A stretch of DNA of 64,000 nucleotides, taken from NCBI GenBank assembly GCA_037447605.1, contig CM074804.1:62001-126000 (forward strand), read 5' to 3'. The translations under genes were made by a program, and so were the position numbers. Positions 47,367-58,806 of the stretch are shown here, piece after piece. Source of the DNA: Zygnema circumcarinatum SAG 698-1b. Lineage: Eukaryota; Plantae; Zygnematophyceae. The notes below the pieces were generated by a model, which saw only the letters and a program-made list of their open reading frames with translations, searched no databases and was not told where the DNA came from. Position 1 is the stretch's first letter. Every line of letters begins with the position of its first letter.

Positions 47367-50300
47367 CTAGAGAAATGACGGCCCGCCACCAGCGTAGTAC
47401 CCGTAAGGGCCGTGATAAAAGTAACTGTAAATGAGCGCAGCCTGGTGCACCTGCTGCTGCGTTCCGGTCGTATGCATCAGCGACACCTGCCGCTCCGCCA
47501 TTGGCAGCGGAACTCCAAGTTGGTGAGTCCCCATGTTCAATTGGTTGCCCCAATGGGGCAGCCCTCCTGGTTGCGGCAACGCTAGCTGGGGGGCGGCCAT
47601 AGTTCCAGGTGCTCCAAGCAGGAGGCTTCCAACTGCACTAGAAGGTACAGACATTTGGGCGACCATCATATTGAAAGGGGACCCCATCTGAGGAAGGGCG
47701 AGGTTGGCAGGCGCCATGAGGTGCGGCATGACGATGGGAGACCCCTGCATGTGGAAGAGCAGGGTTCGGGAAGGATACGGCAAAGGATCAAAGGAGGCTT
47801 TTCGTTTACGCTGTCCAATCAGAATCATGCAGCTCGTGATGATTCTGTCAATGCTGGGGCGGCCAATTGCTTCAGCAGCCTGCAAGGAAGGTGGTGCGCA
47901 ACAGCTGAATGACGTCAGTCGAGTTCTAACTGGACGTTACTATGGCCTGCCTCTGTAGATAGGAGATGATTGTGGGTCCACAAACAAGTGAACTTACAAG
48001 AGAAATATTTAAACAAAGCAATGCAGAGAAACGAAGAAAAGGGACGAACAATTGAAGCACAGGTATGAGCGTGAAAGACCAACCTGCTGTGCCATTACGA
48101 CACCCTCCTGGATAGCCTTAGCATACAGGGGACACTCCAAACAGCCGGGGCGGCAATCTTCGTCCAGCTGTCGATATCCAGGTCTTCTAGGGCATCCTCT
48201 GTCCATCTTTCTCCTCAAAGCTGCGACCGCTTCTCGTATCCTTTGATCCTGCACGACAAGCTCTCTTGCATCCATCGCTGCCTGAAAGAGCAGCGACAGT
48301 CCTCGAAGCCAGGCTGCTCTCGCAACAGCCGGCCAACAAGAGTAGGCCACCTCTGCCAGCGCAAGTGCTCTCTCACTTGTCTCTAACCCGCGAGCAACGG
48401 TTTGCAGCTTTACACTGGCTGCAGGCCCAAGGTCCAGCCACACCTCTAAAGCCCAAAGCAGGTGGTCTCCCTCCATCTCCTCCATGTTATAAACATGAGC
48501 AAGAAGGACAGTTGCTGCCTCTGATGCCCGTTCTGGATCTAACTTCGACAAGGGCGAGGCTTTGGGTGTCAATTCTGAGCAGCTGCTTTCTCGAAGCCGA
48601 ATTTCTCCTCTTAAGCGGACACCACGGGACGTAGTTGCGGAGGCAGAGTCTATAATGTCAAAAAAGGGAGAAGCGAGTAAATTAGCAGGTGAACTGATAG
48701 TCTCCTCCGAAGCAGGAGAAGATGAACGACAAGCCGAGTTGTCGTTAATAGCTGCTGTAACGCGTAGGGCTAAACAGAAGATGACACACATCCGAGTTTC
48801 CGCATTTATGGGCCGGCTCGTTAGGAGGTCAACCAGGGCTCGGCCTGCATAACAATGTGTCTCAAGGAGAAAAGCTGCTGCCCAATCGAAGGCTGGGTCG
48901 TATCTCTTGAACTGTTCTGTTGTGACAAAGAGACGCCAACCTGGGCATTTGAAAAAGTCCCATCCTCCATATTGAATGCTCTGAAGAGCAAGTTCTCTAG
49001 CAAGAGATAGAAAGCCCAAGGATGTAAACCGCTCCCCAAGCCGGGCCACCCACTCGCGGTTCACATTGGGAGCAGCCAAAAGCCGTTTAAGTTTGGACAT
49101 GATCTCTGCTTCATCTTGCTTACCGCTCAGCCACCCTTCTACTATCAGGTCTCCACATCGGGAAATGCTTGGCTGCATGATTAATCGAGGTGCGTAAGCT
49201 CTTCTCCTGCGCTTACTAAGACGTTCATGAAACACCAACCAAGCAAGGCGTCCAGCTGCTTCAGCAGCACCTGCAATAGATAATCGTTCAGCAAGAGGCC
49301 AAATTTGTGAGAAGAAATTGGGTTTCACACGTAGAGCCCGTTCTATTCTGGATTGTCGTCGAATAGCTTCACTGATCACGTCTACAAGGAGGCTCGCTCT
49401 CTGGGAAAGAGGTTTTACACCGGGCTGAAACAATTGCTCAGCTACTCGACAAAATGACTGCTTTCCCGTTGCTCCTAAAGCTATAGCTGCAAGCCCAGCT
49501 CGAAAAGCCGCCTCCTTGAACCCGATTGCTCGCATGTCTTTCGCAAGCTGCACTGCCACAGTGGGTCGCAAGCTTCGCAAAACGCCAAGCTCCATGGCCA
49601 TCCAAACCGCAAGAAGTCCCCTGTTAATACTCACATCGTACACTCTATCTATCATCTCTGCTCTGCGCTTCTGAATAGGCTCTGTGAAGATAGCTTCAGC
49701 AGTGACCCATTCTGTTACCTCTCTTAAGCTCGGAGGAGGCCCGTAACTACCACCCATAGCTTGGACAACACCAACTGTGCTAAACAATCTAGCAGGCCTT
49801 CCAACACTACCCAAAACCGACTCACCTCTCTCTCCCACTATCTCCCCATTTTCTTCCTCTTCCTCTTCCTCTTCCTCCCCTTCCTCCTCTTCCTCCTCCG
49901 TATCGTTATCCTCCACGTCATCATCATCATCATCTTCATCCTCCTCTTCCTCTTCACCTTCCAGACTATCCGCCTCCATTCCCGACTGCCGCAGCATTCG
50001 TGAACACCAGACCGACGAAATATTAACAGTGCTGCTTATAACCGATGGCGCTTTAACCCCCTGCAGGATTGAAGCTAACACCTGCACCGCTGCAGCATCG
50101 CACAAAGCAAGTGTCTCCAACCCCCCTGCTTCACGAGTCTGCCACCGAGCGCCTCTATCTGACATCTGCATGGAGTCGAGAAGTTTCAAAAGCCATAAGG
50201 TTGCGCCACCTGGCAGTCTCTCACTTACTGTACACGCCATAGCGATATGCTCCACTACCTCCTGATGTCCCATACAAAATAGCACCTCTCCATCAATGCA

Positions 50301-50921
50301 GCTATGCATACTTTCCCCTAAGGTAGCCCCAAAGCCCCTCCCGACCTCTCCTCCTGCTGCCTGGCACTCCCAATGTCGCCGCCAACATGCCAGCTCAGCC
50401 TCAAAAATGTCCTTCACTCCTCCCCATTTCAACTCAGCGACCCGCTGCAAAATGACAGAAAGCTTCCACGCAAGCGTTTCGTACCCTCCGTCTGCGCCGC
50501 TTCTTCCTTCAACTCCTACTGCTACATTCCCGCTCCGGACAGGTAACCCCAAATCAAGCGCTTCGCGCATCAGCCTGCCAAGGGTCGCCATGTCGCGCAC
50601 CCGCTTCCCCCTCCCTGTAAGTAGAGCCTCCATGAGCATCTCCAGAAAGTGAGGAGCTCCGGCATCCCTTGACCTAACCATGGCTTCCGCGTCTGCGACG
50701 AGCCCGGACAGGAAAGTAGCCTCCGCTTCGGCGGCAGCTGTCGATCCGCCATGGCTTCCCTGACGCGAAAAGTTTGCAAGCTGGGAGAGGACTTCATGCT
50801 TCCTCAGCCGCCCAGAACCCGGCATGGCTCCTCCCACGAGCGAGGCATCTCCTTCTCTCCTCCCCGGCCTCCCTCTCCCGCTGTCCATGCTGCAAGCTTC
50901 GTCCTCTTGGCAAAATGCCAT
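47367..50921 (-). CDS. ~1,116-aa alpha-helical protein with ZSWIM4/5/6/8-like core; exons 48084-50921 and 47367-47879
   Basis: 971-codon open frame plus an in-frame GT-AG-spliced 3' exon. Colinear motifs match the recalled ZSWIM family (see findings). Central D/E tract, CxxGCxxCP near the C-terminus, M/P/Q-rich tail. Confidence 0.7.
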
Positions 50922-51539
50922 CACATTTCTAGCAGAATGTCACTATTTTACACACCAATCTGAGTATCTGAGCCTTCATTTTCTTACCATTACGTGCCAC
51001 AAAGCAAGGAAGAAACGACCACCTACATTCAATTCCAGATTACCTCAATGGGCTGACAAAAATTCACAAAAAGCAAATAATAGTGACCCGGGAGCCAGCC
51101 CTCCCCTCCCCCGCTGGCACTCGAGCGGGCACTCGGCTCTTAAGTAGACCTTTCGCAAGGACCGTCCGAAGGAAACGTTTAAAAGGACTCTTACCCATCC
51201 GCCCAACGGACGCTGTCATGGAGCGCAAGTGCCAGCGAATCGGTACGCGAATGAGGTACTCCCGGTACTGCACTGGCTGCTGACCTGGCCGTGCCTGTGC
51301 CATGCCCATCCATGCATGGCTATGACTGCCCTCCTGCCACGCCATGCAGCCTCCTCCCTCTCGCGCTGCGCCCGCGTCGACCCTCCCTCCCTCCCTCCCC
51401 TGCAAGCAGTTGCAAGCAGTGAGGGAGGAGAGAGGGGAGAGAGGCAGGAGGCGGCAGGCAGCAGCCGCCGGAGGCTTCAAACGACCACCGGCAGACAACC
51501 AGAGCGGGTGCTTCCTATTTTTCCGGCGGAGAGGACGCC

Positions 51540-54500
51540 ATGGCGGAGGCGGAGGTGCATCAGCTTGCAGCGTGCATCTCCTGCCACGCATGGAATGCCG
51601 ACTTTTCGCGTGTGCCTCCCAGCCTAAAGCCATGGAGTCGTGCCCTTAATCCCAAGAAAGCGGGAAAATCCTAGTGTTGCCAACATCTTAACAGCCATGA
51701 AATCAAGCAATGATCCTTAAAATCTTGAAATGATCGAATTCCTAAGGGTGCTGACTACCTTGAAATTGCAGAAACCATAAATATTTCGAAACTTTAAACT
51801 CCAAGAAGGGTTTTGCATTTACAGTCTGGGGAACCACAAATAGCCGGCATGTGCGGATGATCGCAAATATTTAAAAAAAACATGGAACCTTTAGAGAACT
51901 TGTAAACTTGTTCTAACTGCAGCTCAACCATCAGAATGAAACTAACGAGATGTACTCGAGAAATGGATGGGTTCAGTACTTGCGCTGTGCCCAAACAACA
52001 AGGAAGTACATATTTTTTCTGCCCCAAACTGGGAGCGGCAATATGTTTTAAGCAAGGTTTGGCATGGCTCCTTCCAAATGCCTAGACCATCCTATAAACG
52101 TTAACCGATATTTAAACTTTATGGCCTCAATCCATAAATAGTCTGAACATTGAGAAACTTAAAACTGGCTTGCTTGATCTTTCTTAGCAATGTGTTAACA
52201 GTAGGCTATGCCAGCCTCTGCAATTCATCGCAAATGGTTCATCGGGGATTTAGAACTGGCTTTGGAATTCTGCAAAGGGGAAGAAAATATTACTTTGACC
52301 CGTAATTGAAATTGATTGATTGATTGAATTTATTCTTATCCTAAGCTTTGTAAAATATCAACCTAAAATTTTAGCATTTATTCAAGATCTTTATGTCCTG
52401 CAGCACGACCAGCTCGTTTCTGGCATTGACTGGGCTCCGCAGTCCAACCGTATCGTCACATGCTCTCATGATCGCAACTCGTAATGTTTCTGACCTTGCT
52501 CAACACTCTTCCTTGCCCATCTCTCTCTAATCCCTCTCCTCGTCCCCGTCCCCGTCCCCCTTCCCCCTCCCCCTTCCCCCCTGTCCTTCCATGTTACGAG
52601 TAAGATTTCTTGATGTTGGATGCAGCTACGTGTGGCATATGGAGAATGGCCAATGGGAGGCCACTCTCGTCATTCTACGGATCAACCGGGCTGCTCTAAG
52701 TGTGGACTGGAGTCCTAAGGGTGAGCTTAAGTGCTTTCCTTGTTATCGGGAATGAGGTTTCTACAGCCAAACAGAGGTAATCCTGTAATGCTGGAGTTGG
52801 AGGAAGTATTCGTTGCTCAAATTCCATCAGTTATTCATTGTTCTTGAGGCAGAAAACAAATTTGCCGTCGGCAGTGGAGCAAGGAGCGTTTGTGTGTGCT
52901 ACTATGAGGCAGAAAACAACTGGTAGCCTTCTTAACCTCTTGCTCTAGGAGAAGATGGTAGATAAGGGGAAGGAGAAGGTGGAGGGACGGGGACGGGGAC
53001 GGGGAGGAGAAGTGGGGCTTTTGGAGAAGAAATCCATAGGCATAACGTTGTGAGAGAAGTAGGGTGGAAAAGTGGAGGCACGGTGAGGAATGGCGGAGGG
53101 AGACAGGTGGGAAGGTGAGGGTAACAGAGGGAGGCGGAAAGGTAAGTAAAGGAGGCGCGAGAAGGTACAAGAGAGGAAGGTGGGGGGATATGCAGAGTCA
53201 AAGAGAGAGAGGGGGAGTCTGTGAAGCGGCAGAGGAAGTTGGGGTGGGGGCTAGGTGGGTGAGCAAGCTGATAAAGAAGAAGCACTCCTCCTCCGTCACC
53301 AGCGTGGCCTGGCACCCCAACAATGTATGCGGCATAGCCCACTAATTACATCACTGTGGGCCTCTACTGCGATTCCATTGCACTGCAGCTGCCTATGCTC
53401 CCTTCCCCCTCCTTCTCTTCCCCCCCCCTCTCTCTCTCTCTCCCGCTCTTTCTCTCTCCCTTTCTCTCTCACACGCACGCTGTCTTTCTTCAGGTCAACT
53501 TCTCACCCCATGTCTCCATTCCCTGTTGGCTCTCCCTCTTCTCCTCTCCTCCCTGTCTCAGCTCTCTTTCTCTCACTTTCTCCAACCCCCATCCTCCCCT
53601 CCCCCTTCTTTCTCCCAATCCACTCTCTCCCTTCCGCCCCCTTCAATCGCTGCCACTGTTCTCTTTGACACTCTCTCGCTTGACTCCCTCCCCTCTTTCG
53701 CTACCTTTTTTCCATCGTCACCATGGTAACCTCGCCTCCCTTTCTTCGTAAACTTCAATTGATGGGAAGCAGGTAATGCTGGCAACCACCTCCACAGACG
53801 GAAAATGCCGAATTTTTGCAGCTGGCATTAAGGGCGTCGATTCCAAGTGAGCTTGTTACAAATACCAGATCCTTTTGCCGGAACTGAAAGCTACTCAAAG
53901 TCAACCCCTAAAGTTCGTATGGTGATACGCTTTACTCTCTGACATGTAAAAACCATGGAACTCATTATACCTTATGTTATGCCGATTTTCATTTCATGAA
54001 TGTATGCAGAGCAGACCATGCATCCCCTTTTGGAGAGAGCAAGTTTGGAGAGGTAATAGCCTTCCCAATTCTCCCTTCCGCGATGGCATGTTAAACTTAG
54101 GCGCAGTTCTACCTTGCGAAGACCTATACTTCAATCTATACCCCCTCCTCCCCCCCCCCTTCCCCCCCCCCCGGTTTTTTCTGTGCAGCAATTGCTCCAA
54201 TTAGATTTGGCGATGGGATGGACATTTGGGGCTCGCTGGTCACCTTCTGGAAATTCACTCGCATTTGTAGGTCAGTCCTTTTCCAAAAAAAAAAAAAAAA
54301 AAAAAAAAATTCCGAGGTTATCAACCCTGAAACCCAAAGACTGTAAAAGGCCAGGGAAAAGCTGTTTTGTTCTTACAACCTTAGCGTATATTAGTGAAAC
54401 TCAAATGAAACGATGGATCTCAAGTAGGGACTGAAAAGGTACCTCGCCCTTTTCCTGTTTTCCATGCTCACTGTCGTCCTTGTGGCTCCTCAGTTCCACG

Positions 54501-55959
54501 GCCTTCTCAGTCCTCTGCTCATGTTCTACCTTTTCGGTTTCTTATGACTGAGCATTTGTTTTCGGACTGTCGTAAGAAGAAGAGTTACCTCACTTGATTG
54601 ATTTTTTTGAGAATGTATTCAGGACATGATTCGAGCCTTCACATCATATGTGATATTGGCCCTTCACTGACCCCTCATTCCCTCCGGCTTCGACATTTAC
54701 CTTTACGAGATGTAAGGCGCCTTTCTTTTGCATTGTTCTCTTTATAGGTCCTGGGGTTTATAGAGAAGCGATGGAAGGTCATCGAGGGGAATTGATACGT
54801 TATGCTCAACTTCTGGCTACCATGAAGCCCCCCCTTCCTGTCTAACTCCCACCTCTCTCCCTCGCTCCCTCTTTTCCTCTCCCTCTCCCGCTCTCCGTAT
54901 TTTCTGAAACTTTCGGGTCCTCCTGATGGTGATACTGGGTGCACTGGACAGCTTGTCTTCTTAACGGAAACAAATCTGGTCGCCGTTGGATACGACTGTA
55001 ACCCCCTTCTATTTTCAACCGATTCCCAGGGAAACTGGTACTCTTGTCTTCTCTTGTCGTACAGCTTGTCTTGTGTTCAATGGAACCTTTGCTTCTTCGC
55101 CATACTCCATCCTTTGGATGTGGCGCAGCATGCATGATGACTGGCCGTGGAGAGGAATATCCCCTCACATTTTAGTACCATTTTGTGCTCCATTTTACTG
55201 CAGGAATTTTGTACGGCAGCTCGATGAAGTCAAAGAAGTTGTCGAAAATGCGCGTGGGAGCACACAGGTGGGAGTGCGCATGTTGTCAGAAGTATAATAA
55301 TCACTTATTGCGCAACAAATTACGTTACGTTTCATCTCATTTTCATTGCAATTCCTTAGCTGACTTATGAAATGGACTTCGTTTCCTTGTGTCTGTTGCC
55401 AGTTTTTGGATGCTTTTGGAAAGTTTGACGCGCAAACGAGTAGAGGCGAAAATGCAGAGAGTGTGGAGCCGACCCGGCCGCCTTCCACCCGCCATCGGAA
55501 CTGCATCACGTGTGTTCCTTGACTCCATTCCGTTGACTTGTCCTGAATGTCCCTCCCGCCACATAGTGTGGGAGAGACAAAGTAGGAATGGTTGAGAGAG
55601 CCTTGGATTGTCGTTTACTCTTCATACGTGTGTATTGCTACACAGATGCGTGGTGCCTCTTCCTAGTCCGGGTGCGCACAAGTTCTCCACCTCGGGTGAG
55701 TGGGCGACTCAGTAGGGAAGCAGCCTTTGATTTCCACTCGGTGGGACTGCTTTATTCCACGTTGAGGGATTATGTCTAGACAGATGAGCCTAAAAATAGC
55801 CTCTAAAGCTGAAATTTTTTGATCTGGATGACTAAGGCGAGTTCCTTACCTAGGCTGCCGTTCATCGGGGAGTGGGTGACAGGGTTGGACGGCCGCGTTG
55901 TACTGTGGGACATCAGCAAGCTACTTCTGCAAACGTCACTTGCTGCTGCGCATATCTAG
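51540..55959 (+). CDS. ARPC1: Arp2/3 complex subunit 1 (WD40), ~15 exons
   Basis: [23 protein letters not shown]|[14 protein letters not shown]..|[16 protein letters not shown]|[13 protein letters not shown]..|[24 protein letters not shown]|[23 protein letters not shown]|..GYDCNP..|[10 protein letters not shown]. Confidence 0.95.
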
Positions 55960-56823
55960 ACAGAAACACTTCACCTCGACCCATTCTAGTCACAAGTGTT
56001 AGTGCTAAGAGATAAGACCTGGTTATTTGGCGCCGGTTGTACATGCACTGCTGACGAATACTGGCAAATTCAAGAAGAAACAAATTGAATTCAATGAGTG
56101 CACGGCCTTCTCCTGGCATAGAATCACTACTTGCCATTTGTTGATTCCTTCAGGCCCTTTAGATTAAGACACTCTAAAATTTGATTGAAACGGTAACACA
56201 GAACCACTACATTTCGCTCATAACTCCATCACTTTCCCTGTTAGCTAAAAGGGCACATAACGGAAGTAAAAAGGGATTGTTTTCGAAAAAGGAGAAATCA
56301 AGGAGAGGCAAGACAACTACATGGATGGCACCACAACGCAAATTCGCAGGTTTTCTTGACAAGATCAAAACGCATTCAAAAGGGGCCGGGTATGTATTAA
56401 CAGGCTCTCGCTTTCACATATCAAAAGCTGAGCCCTGGCTGCCCCTGAACCCCGTCTCTGAAAAGGCCTTCACTATGCGTCCCCTTCCTCTTCCCCAACT
56501 CCCGCTAGTCCTCCCCTTTGCATAAAAGCTCCGATTTCATCGGGTCATGGCTGCAAAATAACAGATCTTTGCGCTCCACGCCCAAAAGGCATCATAGACT
56601 GTAACTCCTGCAACACAAATACACGCCTGCTCAATGACCTCATAAGAACTCCGCAACGCTCGACTCTTTCTAACTCGAAAGCGTTAAGTTTCAGCTACCT
56701 CTGCTTTCAATTAGCGAACAGAATAGGAGGATAAGGGTTACAAATTTACAAGATGTTGCCCCATCAGTGCCTCACAATTGCGGAGTAGTAAAAGGAAAAG
56801 GAAAGAGCAGCTAACCATCATCT

Positions 56824-57673
56824 TTATGATGAAGGCTTCTCGGATGAGTTCGGTCCACGCTTCTTGCCAAATCCCACAACTGCATTGATACCGCCCCCCG
56901 CGACGAAACAGCTTAGATACCAATTCAAGTTGCTTATTCAATTCGTGTCCTGAATATCCATTTACACTCAAATAGATGCAATGGACGCATTAACATGGGC
57001 ATATTCAACACCCGTCCAATTCTTTAATTTCATTCCTTCACAGACAAGGTTCTCCAGTTCGAGATTACAACGCCAATGACTCCGCAAAATCCATCAAGAA
57101 GATAATAGGCATATTCAGATAATAATCAGCAAAAGTGCAGAGTAATTTCAGTTACCAGCTGTGACAAAGCGTCGGGTGTACTGCATGCGCTTCCACGCTC
57201 TGCCCTTTGGCCGCTTCTTCTTGTCCTGCTTCGCCACCTTCGGCGTCTGCCCTCTCACTTTCCCCGCACGAGCCAACGATCCATGGACCTTACCTGCACT
57301 CCATTGCCTTTCCCGTCCCTCTCAGCACACTCTCTACTGCCCATCGACGACGTCCCCCACCCTTCCCTGCCTCTCCCTGACTTAGCCTCCTAGCATCCTC
57401 CCTCCCTCCTCCTCCTCTTTGCTGTTCAAACCTCCCTCTGCCAGCTACATCTCCAGCGCGTCCAACCTCAACTCCCTTCCCTACCCTTCTATGCACAATC
57501 CCTAAAAACATGTCAACGCACCAGCCCGTCCCTCCCCACCCCTTCCTGAACCCCCTTCCCGCTTTCTGCAGCACGCCAGAACCTCTCCTTTCGCTCTCCC
57601 CTCTCTCATCCCTGCAGAACCCTCCCTTTGCGAAACCCCAGGTCTAGCCCGCATGCGTGAGGAACTCACTCAT
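56824..57673 (-). CDS. RPS30: 40S ribosomal protein eS30; exons 57670-57673, 57156-57293, 56824-56879 (missed by the ORF track)
   Basis: [65 protein letters not shown]. Upstream telo-box TTTAGGGTT (~57808) and site-II TGGGCC (~57893). Confidence 0.95.
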
Positions 57674-58015
57674 GGCTGCAGGAAGAGCGAATCCTCGTCC
57701 CTCCCGGGTACCTGAGGCTGCGTGCGCGCAGAGCTCGCAGCCGCGTGGCTATGGCGGCGAGGAGGCCGAGCGGCAGGAAGAGAGCCCCTGCACGCCGCGC
57801 ACTGGACTTTAGGGTTCGCGCGTCCGTCCACGTGCGTCACCATACGTCATCGTCGGTCAGAACGGTAGCAGATACTGTTACCGCCCGTCGGTTGGGCCCA
57901 AATAGCCAATTTGGGATTGCCAATTGCGTTGGAGTGCAATGCCAATTCTTTCTCCCCAGATTCTGAATCAGGTCTCGCACTCTCGTGGCCTCGTGGGCCT
58001 TCGCACGTGCACTCA

Positions 58016-58332
58016 GAGGGAGAGGGAGAGGGAGAGGGAGAGGGAGAGGGAGAGGGAGAGGGAGAGGGAGAGGGAGAGGGAGAGGGAGAGGGAGAGGGAG
58101 AGGGAGAGGGAGAGGGAGAGGGAGAGGGAGAGGGAGAGGGAGAGGGAGAGGGAGAGGAGGGAGAGGGAGAGAGGGAGAGGGAGAGGGAGGAGGGAGAGGG
58201 AGAGGAGAGGGAGAGAGGGAGAGGGAGAGGGAGAGGGAGAGGGAGAGGGAGAGGGAGAGGGAGAGGGAGAGGGAGAGGGAGAGGGAGAGGGAGAGGGAGA
58301 GGGAGGAGAGGGAGAGGGAGAGGGAGAGGGAG
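58016..58332 (+). repeat. (GAGAGG)n hexanucleotide microsatellite
   Basis: About 50 near-perfect units. Confidence 0.97.
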
Positions 58333-58806
58333 ATGGGCACCGGCCAACACTGCACTACGTTAAGACGCGCAGGGTCAAAACCTTGTACATTAAGTTCCAA
58401 AAACACGTTACTTTTTACTTTTGTTTCGAATCGTGTGGTCAATCTCCAAACGCTTATTGCTCAGCTTCCACGCCACATGCTCCATGTACATGATTCCAAG
58501 AACATCACTTTCCGTTATGTTCGAGCCAATTGCACATAGCACAACTTCAGAGATTCAACACCGCATGTGCAAAGGAACGAAGCTGTTCTATGCCCAATGG
58601 TAGAAATCAACCATGGAGCTTGGTATAGGCATGACCGTTTGAAGTGCTGCGACTACATCCTGTGACTGTGCGCTGAGCCACTACGGCCTGTCACGTCCCA
58701 TAGTAGCCTTCCATGAGCCGCATCCGCCCTATCATCCTCAATAGCCTAAATCTCCATCTATGACAGCATCCGTCCTGTTCAGAAGTGCAGGAAAAAAATA
58801 ATTGGT

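Noticed and set aside
57837-58539. ER/GR/LP/SP dipeptide ORFs
   Set aside because: Translations of the (GAGAGG)n microsatellite.
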